Source of the DNA: the human T2T-CHM13v2.0 reference genome, Homo sapiens
Assembly (NCBI RefSeq): GCF_009914755.1
Contig: NC_060941.1
Strand: one strand, 5' to 3'
DNA length: 64,000 bases
In this document: positions 1 to 15,280 of the stretch, piece by piece
How the letters are laid out: every line of letters begins with the position of its first letter
How positions within the stretch are numbered: position 1 is the stretch's first letter
Translations under genes and position numbers: made by a program
The notes under the pieces: generated by a model
Told to the model about the DNA's origin: nothing
What the model saw: the letters and a program-made list of their open reading frames with translations, nothing else
Database searches by the model: none

Positions 1-333
1 AAAATGATGGGATCCCTGCGCGTGCCCCCACGTCACAGAGTGGTAGGGGTCCAGGGGCATTCTAATTATAAACGGGGCTCAATCACACCCCAAAATTCTA
101 AACGCCTCCACCCCTAACCTGCAGGTGCAAACAGCACCCCTATTTCATTGCCGGCAGCTACTTTGTACTTTCGTACTGATAGACAAAGATAGTGACAACA
201 AAGACGGAAAGAAACAAGCATCGAAAGCTACATGAAGGGGGTGCAGCGCTGTTCTAAAACACAAAATGCCGAGCCCCGTTTTCCCTTTCCCTCCCCGCTC
301 GGTCCTGCGCCCACCCCGTCCCGCGCTGGCCAC

Positions 334-1071
<738 letters not shown>

Positions 1072-1123
1072 TCAGCTGCGTGGGGAGCTTCCCCAGGGCA
1101 TATTTCTCCTTTTAAAAGAAATA

Positions 1124-1129
1124 TTTATT
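1124..1129 (-). terminator. Candidate polyadenylation signal (AATAAA) for the distal NLRP1 last exon
   Basis: tttatt on + at 1124-1129, about 420 nt downstream of the TAG at 1553-1551. Confidence 0.55.
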
Positions 1130-1550
1130 GTGTGGTCTGTTTTAAATTTTAATCTTAATGCGTGAAAAAGCTAACACATCATCTTTGTAGAAAACTAGAA
1201 ATTGAGAAAACAGTGTAGGCAAAATCAGTAGTAAAATAAAGCCTCCCACAATCCCAAGGTCCAGAGATAATACAGCTCAAGAATTGGTGCATTTCTCTGC
1301 CTTCTTCCTTTTTTTTCTCTGTCTCTCCATCTGCATCTGTATGTGTACAACCTGTTTTCTCTTCTTGCTCTTCACCCACAAAAGCAGGCATCCAGCCTTT
1401 TGAGCATCTCGCATATGATTAAGAACAAATCCTTCAAAGACCTGCCTCACCTAAGCCCATTTCTCAGACCCACCTGCGGTCTACTCAGGCCTCCTTGTCA
1501 TCCACCAAGCCCTCTCTGGCTTCATTGGTACTGCCGCAGGCTGCTGGGCA

Positions 1551-1609
1551 CTAGTATCTCCTGGCGTCTCTGTTGCACCTGAGGTTCCACGGCTGGCTGG
1601 TGTTCCTTC
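1551..1609 (-). CDS. NLRP1: NLRP1 alternative distal last exon (CARD-less isoform; tail GRNTSQPWNLRCNRDARRY*)
   Basis: Acceptor ctccattccAG at 1611-1610; phase 1, compatible with the exon 15 donor (CCA G|GA AGG AAC...TAC TAG). The peptide matches my recollection of the NLRP1 isoform 5 C-terminus. Confidence 0.85.
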
Positions 1610-2014
1610 CTGGAATGGAGGGAGAACAATCACTTGGATTTATTTGAGTCCCAGTAGATTGGAGAGGTCCACTGGCCGGCTTTGTTAGTTGCAGCAAATC
1701 CAACTCAAACTGCCATCAGAGAACTCCCTGCCTCCTGCAAGTGAAAGGCCCCGGGGTCAACCAAGGCCAGGATGCTGAAACGCTGTAACCAGGGTGCTGT
1801 TCCTCTCTATCCTACAGCGTTGCCAGGGACTTCTTGCATGGCCAGAGCCTACTAGGTAGTGGTAGGTACTCAGGTTTTTGCTGAATGAATGATGCAGTGA
1901 ATAACGGCAGCAGCAAACTCTGGTTCTCACAGCTTAACCACCTCAGCTAAAAGGGCTTCCAGTTGGCTGGATGAGGAGAAGATGGAACCCTCATCCGTGA
2001 TGTTGAGAATGTAA

Positions 2015-2327
<313 letters not shown>

Positions 2328-2329
2328 GG

Positions 2330-2990
2330 TGGAAGTATATGCAGGGTGAAATTGAAAGGTGTGGAGGGTGGAATGGAAGGATGGTTTAGGTGGAGTGAAA
2401 GAATGTGAAGAATGGAATGGAAGGTTGCAGAAGGCAGAATGGAAGGACATGGAAGGACCAGAGAGTGAAAAGTGGAATGAGAGGATGTTAAGGGTGGCAC
2501 GGAAGAGCTTGAAGGATGTCATGGAGGGGTGTGAAGGGTGGAATTGAAGGGTGTGAAGGGTGAAATGGGAGGTTGCTTAGGGTGAAATGGAAGATGTGAA
2601 GAGAGAAACGGAAGGACATGTAGTGGACTGGAAGAGTGTCAAGGGTGGAATATAAGGTGTGTAAGGTGGAGTGGAAGAATATGAAGGTTGTAATGGAATG
2701 GTGTGAAGAATGGAATGAAATGGTGTGAATGAATAATGGACTGGAAGGGTGTGAAGGGTGAAATGGAATTGTGTGATGCATGAATGGAAGGATGTGAGGC
2801 TAGAATGAAAGGGTGTGTAGGGTGCAATGGGAGGGTTTTCAAGGTGGAATGGAAGGGTGTGAAGGGTGAAATGGAATTGTGTGATGGATGATTGGAAGGA
2901 TGTGAGGCTAGAATGAAAGGGTGTGTAGGGTGCAATGAGAGGGTTTTCAAGGTGGAATGGAAGGGTGTGTAGAGTGGGATGGAAGAGCTT
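2330..2990. repeat. Degenerate purine-rich tandem repeat (GAAGGGTGT/GGAAT units) with a 108-bp higher-order duplication
   Basis: tggaagggtgtg recurs at 2742, 2850 and 2958; the two full 108-bp units are near-identical. Confidence 0.85.
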
Positions 2991-4040
2991 TATGTAAGGC
3001 TGTGGCATTGAGAAAGTCACCCAAACCTACCTATGCAGCTTAAGTGGGAGTAGGTAGTGGGGAAGTCTCAGTAACCAAGAGGGTCTCGGGCAGAACCATG
3101 CAAAGGCTTATTGGGGAGGAGCTGGGTGTCAGTGAGGAGTGCAGGTGTTAAAAATGCTTTAGTAACTGCAGGGTCCTTTGCATATTGAGAAGATGTGAGG
3201 CTAAATCCAGAGCTCAGACAGCAGAGGCCCAGGTGTCTCTAGGACACCTTATTATTTTTTACCTGGTCTACCTGTACAGAAATGAATATATCACAAAACA
3301 GTGCTGGTCCCAGCCCAGGTGACCCCTGGGGGCTCTGTCAGGAATTGAGAGAGCTTGGCTGACTCCATGGCCTCATCCTGGTGCAAGCTATGCCTATGCC
3401 CAGCAACAAGAGCTAACTTCGTCCCAGCCCAGGGACTTCAGGACCACTAGACATCCCTGACAGGACAGATACTGGAAGATCCCAAGCTACAACTTCACAC
3501 TCTGCTCGACACCACAGTGTTCCAGGAAAAACCTCATGAGTCCAGGGCCTGGAGCCAGAATCCACCAAAAAAAACCCTGAATGGACAAAGGCTACCTTTA
3601 GCTCCTGCTTCTGGGACCTGCCCAGAGTACATACCCCTCTCAGAGGTGAGAGAGGCCTCTTCTAGGGGGATCTTTTCTCCGGTGCTATACTTTGATAGGT
3701 TTCCTTCATCCATTTAGGGGTATTTGCCTCTGGAAGAAAGATACACTGTCTGAGTCAATAGGAATCAGAGATTTGAGTCTGCCAGGCCAAAGCCTGGATC
3801 TGGACAATGGCCAGTTGATCATGTTGGTGACCCCCTCTATGAGGAATCCTAGGACACACATGGATGATAGCAGCAGCAGCAGCAGCAGCCAATCACTGGC
3901 CACCGACTGTGTGCTGGGAACTGTGCTCAACATTTCTGCAGAGATGGTCTCACTTAATTTTCATGACCCCCTAAATTAGGCACCAGTATTTTCTCCAATG
4001 TTCCAATGAGGAAACTGAGGCTGAGAGGTGAAGGAATCTA

Positions 4041-4494
<454 letters not shown>

Positions 4495-4899
4495 TCACCA
4501 TCAAAGACTGTGCCCTGTTAGCCTTTCCCAGGCCGCATTCTGGGCCTCACCCTGCAGCAAAACAGACTTGTTCCCTTTAGAATGTGTACACAGAGCAAGA
4601 GGCAAAATTCACAAAGGCCACTTTTAGCTCGAAGTGTTCATGCCCAGCTGAGGAAACAGGCTTTGGTGGTGGTGGTGGTGGTGGGGTGTATGTGTCAGTG
4701 GGTGGGTGGGAGAGAAGGACCTTCTGGGAATCTCTGCTGCCTGGGCTATAGCTATTTGTTATCCTGGAAACCATGGCTGCCGAATTCCTCTCCTGCCAAC
4801 TTCTAATTTATGTGCGTGCCCTGGCTGGGAGAAGGGAAGTCAAGCCAGGAATCTCCCCTTTCCACAGGTCCTCTACCCAAACCCACAGTTGATGGGAAA

Positions 4900-5413
4900 C
4901 CTGCAAGTGTATTGCAACCTCTACACTAGGATGTGCCTGGATAAGCCTAGTCACCTGCTGAAGGTGCTGTGGCACTTCTAGCCCAATGCAGGGTCAGCTG
5001 CCTGCCCCACCCTGAGAGGCTTCTGGGAGCTCACATCCAATGCTGATCATCCCCATGCTCCACTCAGTCCCCTGCTGGGGTTAGGGGTAGCAATGGTTGC
5101 TGAGCAAGGCAGAGAAGGGGAGGCTGAGTAAAGCCTGGGGCTCCACGGGGCAGACAGTGGGAAGCTAAGAACCTGTCTGGGGGCTGTGAGGTGGCACCTG
5201 GCAGGTGGGATTCCACATGAGCTGTGGCTCCAAGCCCCCCTACCCTCCCTTCCTGCCCCTATGCATGCTCCAGGTCCCATCAAACTTCACTTACAAAGCA
5301 CAAATTCAAAGATACAATTATTAAGAGTTTCAAGGCAGTGACTGCCACGCATTAAACCCCAAGCATGGGGGCCTACTGCCATTGCACAGGTTGCACTTCC
5401 AGGAAGCTGGCCC
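4900..5413 (-). mobile_element. MER45B/C-like hAT-Tip100 DNA transposon
   Basis: Reverse complement resembles MER45 (gggtttaatg...cttgaaactcttaataattgtatctttgaatttgtg...). Left boundary is approximate. Confidence 0.6.
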
Positions 5414-5721
5414 TACTCACACCCTATCGCAGGCCCAGTTTAGCCTAGCTGGGCACTGATTGCTTCTTCCTGGTCATTGGTGAGGTTCTACATCAAATGA
5501 TTAGCTTTCCACAGTGGTTTTTCTCCCACTAGAGAGAACTTAGCGCTTCCAGCATCTCAGCTTCATTCCAGGGCCTAGCAGAGCTCACCACTCTGGACAT
5601 TTTCATCCTCTTCCCCGTTTTCTTTCACACACACAGACCTCTGCTCTCTACATATGATCTTCCTCAGAGAGAATAGATTTGGTTACTTTTGTTCTGTCCT
5701 CTTCTCTTTGTGCCGCTCCTA

Positions 5722-6040
<319 letters not shown>

Positions 6041-6137
6041 TCATCAAACAGCCAATTCAGCAACATCATTCTTGTCCTTCCATTACTCTATCCACCCAGA
6101 AGCTGACCCACACTAAATGGTTAAGAACTGTGAGGAT

Positions 6138-7010
<873 letters not shown>

Positions 7011-7148
7011 TGAGGACATTTTGTTCTCCCTCAAACTGTCTTCAAATAAATTAAATTAATTAAATTAAATTAAATTAAAGGTCTTCAAATTAAGGCCTTC
7101 TAAAATCAAAAGAAAACAAAAACCAGCCATTAAAGAATCAAGAAATTC

Positions 7149-8187
<1,039 letters not shown>

Positions 8188-9324
8188 ATGAGGGAAGCTA
8201 TTGCAAAATATAGAAAGTCATGAGACTATTTATGCCCTTTGATACAATCATCCTATCCCTTAGTATTGACTTCAAGACAGTGATCTAAAGGATAACGAAA
8301 AGCTCTCTGCAGAAAGACGTGTATTGCAGTACTGCTTATTGTGGCAAAAAATTGGAAGCAAACTCAATGTCAGAACAAGAGGAGAATAGTTAAGTAAATG
8401 ATATATCTACTGCAAGGAGTCATGCAGGGGAAGATTATCCTGAAAACTCTTAAGTAGCTTGAGGGATGCTTGTGATGATCTAAATCAAAGTCAAAAAAAC
8501 AAGGTTTAAAACCCCATGTACTAGGATGATAACAAGATGAAAATGTGTTCCTGCAGAGAAAGACTGGAATGGAAAGAGGAAAGACAGAATTTTTGTATTG
8601 TTTGGATAATGAGATCATGGGGTGACTTCTTTCTCATTTGACCAGAACTTGTGCACCATGGTTATATTAGTTTCTGTGCAACAAGGCCAAAAAAATCTAA
8701 GTAATGGACCCAGTGGCCATTTTCAGGATTAACAATACTCTGTGATGGTCTGATTCATGCCCACGCAGACAAAGGTCCTTACCTAACTGCCTAGATGGCC
8801 CCGCATTGCCTAGCAACTACCTGCTTAACAGCAGTTGCTAGGAAACCAAGAACACAGCAGGACTCCTGACCAATAGCACAGCGTCCATACTACTGCTAGC
8901 CTTCCCTTCAAGTTCTCTCCAACAGTCATGCTCCTGTCTAGCCTTTCCTCTTCTTCTCCTATTCTCCTCCTTCTCATTCCTACCTGCCTGGGGCTAACCT
9001 GTGAGTAGCACTCAATGGGGTCCCCACAATCATACAACCTGACACAACACAGGTAATCACAGGTTCCAGAGGACCTCCTTCCTTCCCCTGCTTCCTTCTT
9101 GCTCCAGGACTGGGGCCTGGACCAGAGTGTGTGCATGGCTCAAAGTTTAAATCTGTAGTTATCCCACCATTGAGACAAGTATTGCTCATGGCCTCTATCG
9201 GATTCTAGCACCTGGCAAATCCTACTCCTTGGGAGAGTGACTCCTTCAAGAAAGGCATTAAGCTCAGCCCAGGGCTCCCACCATCCATCAGAGTGCCTGG
9301 TGGAAGCATTCCATGATTCTTCCG

Positions 9325-10560
<1,236 letters not shown>

Positions 10561-10899
10561 GGTGCGTATTTCGTATCTCCTTGCCACTAGAATATAAATT
10601 GCTTGAGAATAGATACTCTGGCCTCTGTTATCACTGGCACCTACAACAGCCTCAGGCTCAAAGAAGCTAAGATTTACTGTCTGCCTAGTGTTGTGTACCA
10701 GCTCGCCCAGAACAACTTCCCACTCATGAGCTCACCTAGTCAAACAACCGTTTGACTCAAGCTTTGCTATTCCCTTCTTACACATCTGAAAACCTGTTTC
10801 AAGATCACACATCTAATGGGTGGTAGAGCCAAGAATTTGATTCCCAGCTCACTGCCTGTCCCTCAGAATTCTAGCTGTTGCTATTAGAATCCAGATCCA

Positions 10900-11340
<441 letters not shown>

Positions 11341-11478
11341 TTAGGAATACATTTCCTAGGCTTCCGGCAACTAACGTGAGGACTTGCTGGGATGAGGGAC
11401 GGGGAGGTCTGCAGAAGGAGGCGGGGCATGCGGGGGTTGCGGGGCTTAGAGGGTTGGCGGAGCCCCTCCTCGCGTAGG

Positions 11479-11655
11479 TCCTTCCTTCTTTCCCTCCCTC
11501 CCTCCCTTTCTCTTTTCTTTTTCTTTCTCTTTTTCTTTCTTCTTTCTTTCTCTTTCCTTTCTCTCTTTCCTTCCTTCCTTCCTCTTTTTCTTCATTCCTT
11601 CCTCTTCCTCTTTCTCTTCCTTTTTCTCTCTCTTCTTTCTTTCTTCTTTCTCTCT
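11479..11655. repeat. TC-rich low-complexity tract (probable decayed poly-A of the ZCCHC9 retrocopy)
   Basis: Pure pyrimidine run directly 3' (minus strand) of the retrocopy. Confidence 0.7.
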
Positions 11656-12293
11656 GTTGAAAATTGTTTTTGACCACAGCCAGATCATACTGATATTTAC
11701 AGTATAGTCCTGGCTACAAGGGAGCCCAACTGTAACTTGTGAAGTGGGCCTGGTTTAGAAAGTAACAATGAGGTGGTAACTAATGACAGTACTAGTTGTT
11801 ATCAAAAATTAACACCTTTAGATATTTTTGTTTTGGGTTTTTGTGGTTTTGGTGCATCCACAATGTCTTCATAGTCTGCACTTATTCCCTTTGCCCACAG
11901 ACCAACTGTGGCCATTCGATCTGAATTCTCACTTTCAGGGCAATCTTTCTTTAAATGTTCCACAGAGCCATGAAGTTGGCAACCACTACCATCAGCATAG
12001 AGTCCTTTGGGATTATCAGGACAAGATCTAGACAGGTGCCCCATTTCTCCACAGACAAAACATTTTGCAAAAGGACATTCGCCAAGAGGCGGGTCTACTT
12101 TAGCCTTACACTTGGTTATTTCGTGCTCTGTGGACCCACACTTGTAACATCTTCTAGTGCCCATATCTTGATTTTCAAGGGCGGCAGGGCAATCCGCAAT
12201 TCCACGACCAGGTTTTCTACAATGGAAACACACCATTGCATTTTTCTTTGCCCCTTGTCTTTTAAATCTTCTTACTTCCCATTGACTGTCCTC
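11656..12293 (-). pseudogene. 5'-truncated processed copy of ZCCHC9 (four CCHC zinc knuckles, C-terminus and 3'UTR)
   Basis: Intronless frame ...KKNAMVCFHCRKPGRGIADCPAALENQDMGT...KPQKPKTKISKGVNF* matches my recollection of the ZCCHC9 C-terminal half; A-rich tail follows on the minus strand. Confidence 0.85.
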
Positions 12294-12563
12294 TTGGAGG
12301 AAGGGTTGTGTGGAGAGTGGAGGTCTGCATGTGGTAAAGGAGATGGGTGGGTGGGGCATGAAGGACCCGAAAGACAAGGCCAGTCTCATGGGTGTGTGAC
12401 CTGTGCGGTCACACAGAGCCCTGAGCTCAGCAGGGCCTGGCGCTTGATTTCATGTTCTGTTGTCACCGTCTTGACATTCTTAATCATTTTTGAACGAGGG
12501 GCCCTGTGTTTCCATTTTGCACTGGGTCCCACAACTGCTGGAGCTGGTCCTACAGGAGGGTGA
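12290..12563 (+). repeat. Local duplication, copy B (direct copy of 26326-26593) including MER45A (12375-12552)
   Basis: ctcttggaggaagggttgtgtggagag...gagctggtcctacaggagggtga aligns throughout with 26326-26593, including flanks outside the transposon. Confidence 0.85.
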
Positions 12564-12722
12564 AAATTAGCATATAATGAGCAGTGAGGACAACCAGGAG
12601 TCCCTTTCATTGCCATCTTGGCTTTGGTGGGCTTTGGCCAGCTTCTTTACCGCATCTTATCAGTGGAGTCTTTGTGACCTGCATCTTGTGAAGCCAGTCC
12701 TGCCCACCTCCTGTGTCACCCC
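12563..12722 (-). mobile_element. MER41-family LTR fragment (inverted relative to 13493-14162)
   Basis: Reverse complement of 13501-13647 (aaaattagcatataatgagcag...ccagtcctgcc). Confidence 0.75.
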
Positions 12723-13492
12723 CAGCTTAGAGATCTGCATACAGTAAAATTACTACTAGCTTTCTCCTGAGGCCCTGCAAGCTAAAGCTTATACCTTGTG
12801 ATACAGGCGTGTCAGATTGCCACCACTTTCCTGCTTTATAACTAAAGATGCTTTTGAGTCTAATACCTGGATAGACTGTGTCCAGCATTAACCTTTTTTT
12901 CTTCTGTTCTCATAAAAATCTCTCTTATTAAAAATCTGTTTGGCTTTGTATTTCAGACAACAGAAGACTAGTTTTCCAGCCTATTCACTTAGATTCCAAA
13001 TGGCATCTGATCTCTTATTTTTTTCTTTCTTATTTTTTTAAAGAGACAAAGTCTATGTTGCCCGGGCTAGTCTCAAAAGCCTGAGCTCAAGTGATCCTCC
13101 TGCCTTGGCCTCCCAAAGTGTTAAGATTACATGCATGAGCCACCATGCTTGGCTTTGATCTCTTCTTTAAAACTGGGCTTAAGTATTTTATGAATTATCA
13201 CTAGGTGCTATTTGATTTTAAAAATATTTGTTATATTCATCAGGTGTTCGGACGGTTCAAGTTTATGTCTTCCAGGCTACAACAGTTTCAGAGAAAAATA
13301 ATTAGTCCAGTGTTCCAGCCTGTGCCACTGCAGAAAAGATGGAGTCCCTATAAGTCATTCGATCAGGTACGAAGACATTTCTATGCCTCCAGAGCAGGTA
13401 GGGATGATGGCCCCTGTTCAGCATGAAGCAGTGACAGAAGATAGATCTCTGTCCTTCTACAACCTCTTAAGATTAAGGACGAGTATGTAATG
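12723..13492. mobile_element. Probable ERV1 (MER4/MER41-group) internal fragment, with an antisense Alu monomer at 13015-13153
   Basis: Lies between the two MER41 LTR pieces; the Alu monomer is clear, the ERV-internal call is contextual. Confidence 0.4.
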
Positions 13493-13758
13493 TCTGAGGT
13501 GGGGATAAGATAGGAGGTTGGCAGGACTGGTTTCACAAAGACTCCTCGTATAAAACAGGATGTGGTAAAGAAGCCAAAACCCATCAAACCAAGATGGTGA
13601 TGAAAGGGACCTCCGGTTGTCCTCGCTGCTCATTATATGCTAATTTTAATACATTAGCATACTAAAAGACATTCCCACCAGCGCCATGACAGTTTACGAA
13701 CGCCATGGCAGCATCTGGAAGTTTCCCTAAGTAGTCTGAAAGGGGGAAGAACCTTCAG

Positions 13759-13788
13759 TTCCAGGAATTCCCACCCCTTTCTCTGGAA
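13759..13788. promoter_or_regulatory. GAS motif TTCCAGGAA (13759-13767) and N4-spaced TTCTCTGGAA (13779-13788) inside MER41
   Basis: Direct match to TTC-N3-GAA and TTC-N4-GAA at the position of the MER41 tandem STAT sites. Confidence 0.6.
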
Positions 13789-13971
13789 AACTCATGAATA
13801 ATCCACTCCTTGTTTAGCACACGATCAAGAAATAACCACAAAAATAGCCAACCAGCAGCCAGTCGGGACTGCTGTGCCTATGGAGTAGGTAACTTCTTAT
13901 TCCTTTATTTTCATTTTTTCTTTTTTGTATTTTTTTAATTCTTAAATTTAAGTAAAAAATTTTTAATTTAT

Positions 13972-14032
13972 AGGGGTTTTCTGGTAAAAACTGGAAAGCC
14001 TGCTAGACAAATTCTAAAAGAGCTGTGATACT
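13972..14032 (-). pseudogene. U7 snRNA retrocopy
   Basis: Minus strand reads AGTATCACAGCTCTTTTAGAATTTGTCTAGCAGGCTTTCCAGTTTTTACCAGAAAACCCCT, followed by an A-rich tail (13913-13971); 12-bp TSD tcctttattttc at 13901-13912 and 14032-14043. Confidence 0.9.
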
Positions 14033-14034
14033 CC

Positions 14035-14040
14035 TTTATT
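14035..14040 (-). terminator. Candidate NLRP1 polyadenylation signal (second copy at 13904-13909)
   Basis: First minus-strand AATAAA I find downstream of the CARD-exon stop codon; both copies lie in the U7 TSD. Confidence 0.6.
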
Positions 14041-14516
14041 TTCTGAATAAACTTCCTTCCACTTTACTCTGTTGGCTTGCTCTTGTAGATCTTCCTGTAC
14101 AAAGCCAAGAATCCACGTGGCCTCCCACGCTGAACCCCAATTTTGGGGCTCACCCTGTGACACAGCCAGAGGCAAATGGTTCCATGTCCCTCCTATTCCT
14201 CTTTGCGCCTGGATGGGATCCGGAGGGCTCTAGGCTTGGCTGCTGTGGCCACCAGATGAGGCTCTATGAGGTCTGCAGGGGTCTTGCCAGCTCCAGATGG
14301 ACATTCCCTGAGATGCTGTTAGGCCACCTGGACTGGGGCCCCCTGTGGCATCCCTGGCATGGACACATAATGCCCAGCAAAGGCATCATCAAAGTTCCAT
14401 TACTTTAGTGCTGGAAGGCAAACCAGATGGCAACTTGTTTGCAGAGAAAGAAACTGAGACCCAAAGAAGGGTCAGCCAAAGCCAGGACTCAAGGGTCAAG
14501 GGCTGGTGTTGATACT

Positions 14517-14891
<375 letters not shown>

Positions 14892-15235
14892 TCAGTGCTT
14901 TCCTCTCTCATCTCTGCATCCCTCGCTTCCTTCTGCCTCCAGAAATGCACCTGTGTCCTCCCTCATGGCAGCATCTAGCTTGGCATTCTGCCAGAGTGGG
15001 GATCGGGAGTGGGGTTCCTGCTGGGCACATTGGAGGCTGTCAGATAAGGAATTCTAGGGTCTCTGTGGATAGGACAAGGGGGTATGGGGAGCGACCATGC
15101 ACCGCTCTCCAGGGCCTGACTCTTTGTGAGGTTTGCAGTGATGAGTCCCTTCCTTTCTCTCTTCCCTTCCCCCAGAACCAGACAGTACCCCAGAACTGCC
15201 ACCGCCTCCTGTGGTCTCTGAGAGCTGTTACTGAC

Positions 15236-15280
15236 CTATGCGGGCTGGAGGGATCAGAGTAGTTGCAGGCATGAGATCTC
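15236..15280 (-). CDS. NLRP1: NLRP1 exon 16 (45 nt, UPA-CARD linker GDLMPATTLIPPARI)
   Basis: tttcctccAG...ATAG|GTcag; phase 1-1. Confidence 0.95.

Larger units (their letters stand above)
13493..14162 (+). mobile_element. MER41-family ERV1 LTR (5'-truncated)
   Basis: Signatures accaagatgg, ctgctcattatatgctaatt, catgaataatccac, aataaactt...cactttactct and a terminal ...tgtgaca. Confidence 0.85.

Noticed and set aside
2488-3020. His/Pro/Phe-rich ORFs with internal repeats
   Set aside because: Translations of the tandem repeat, open in several frames, with no splice or start support.
3517-3717. Paralogous peptides FQEKPH...WSQN here and at 27692-27874
   Set aside because: The similarity shifts frame between copies and I recognise no domain; it is explained by DNA-level duplication. 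A decayed exon is not excluded.
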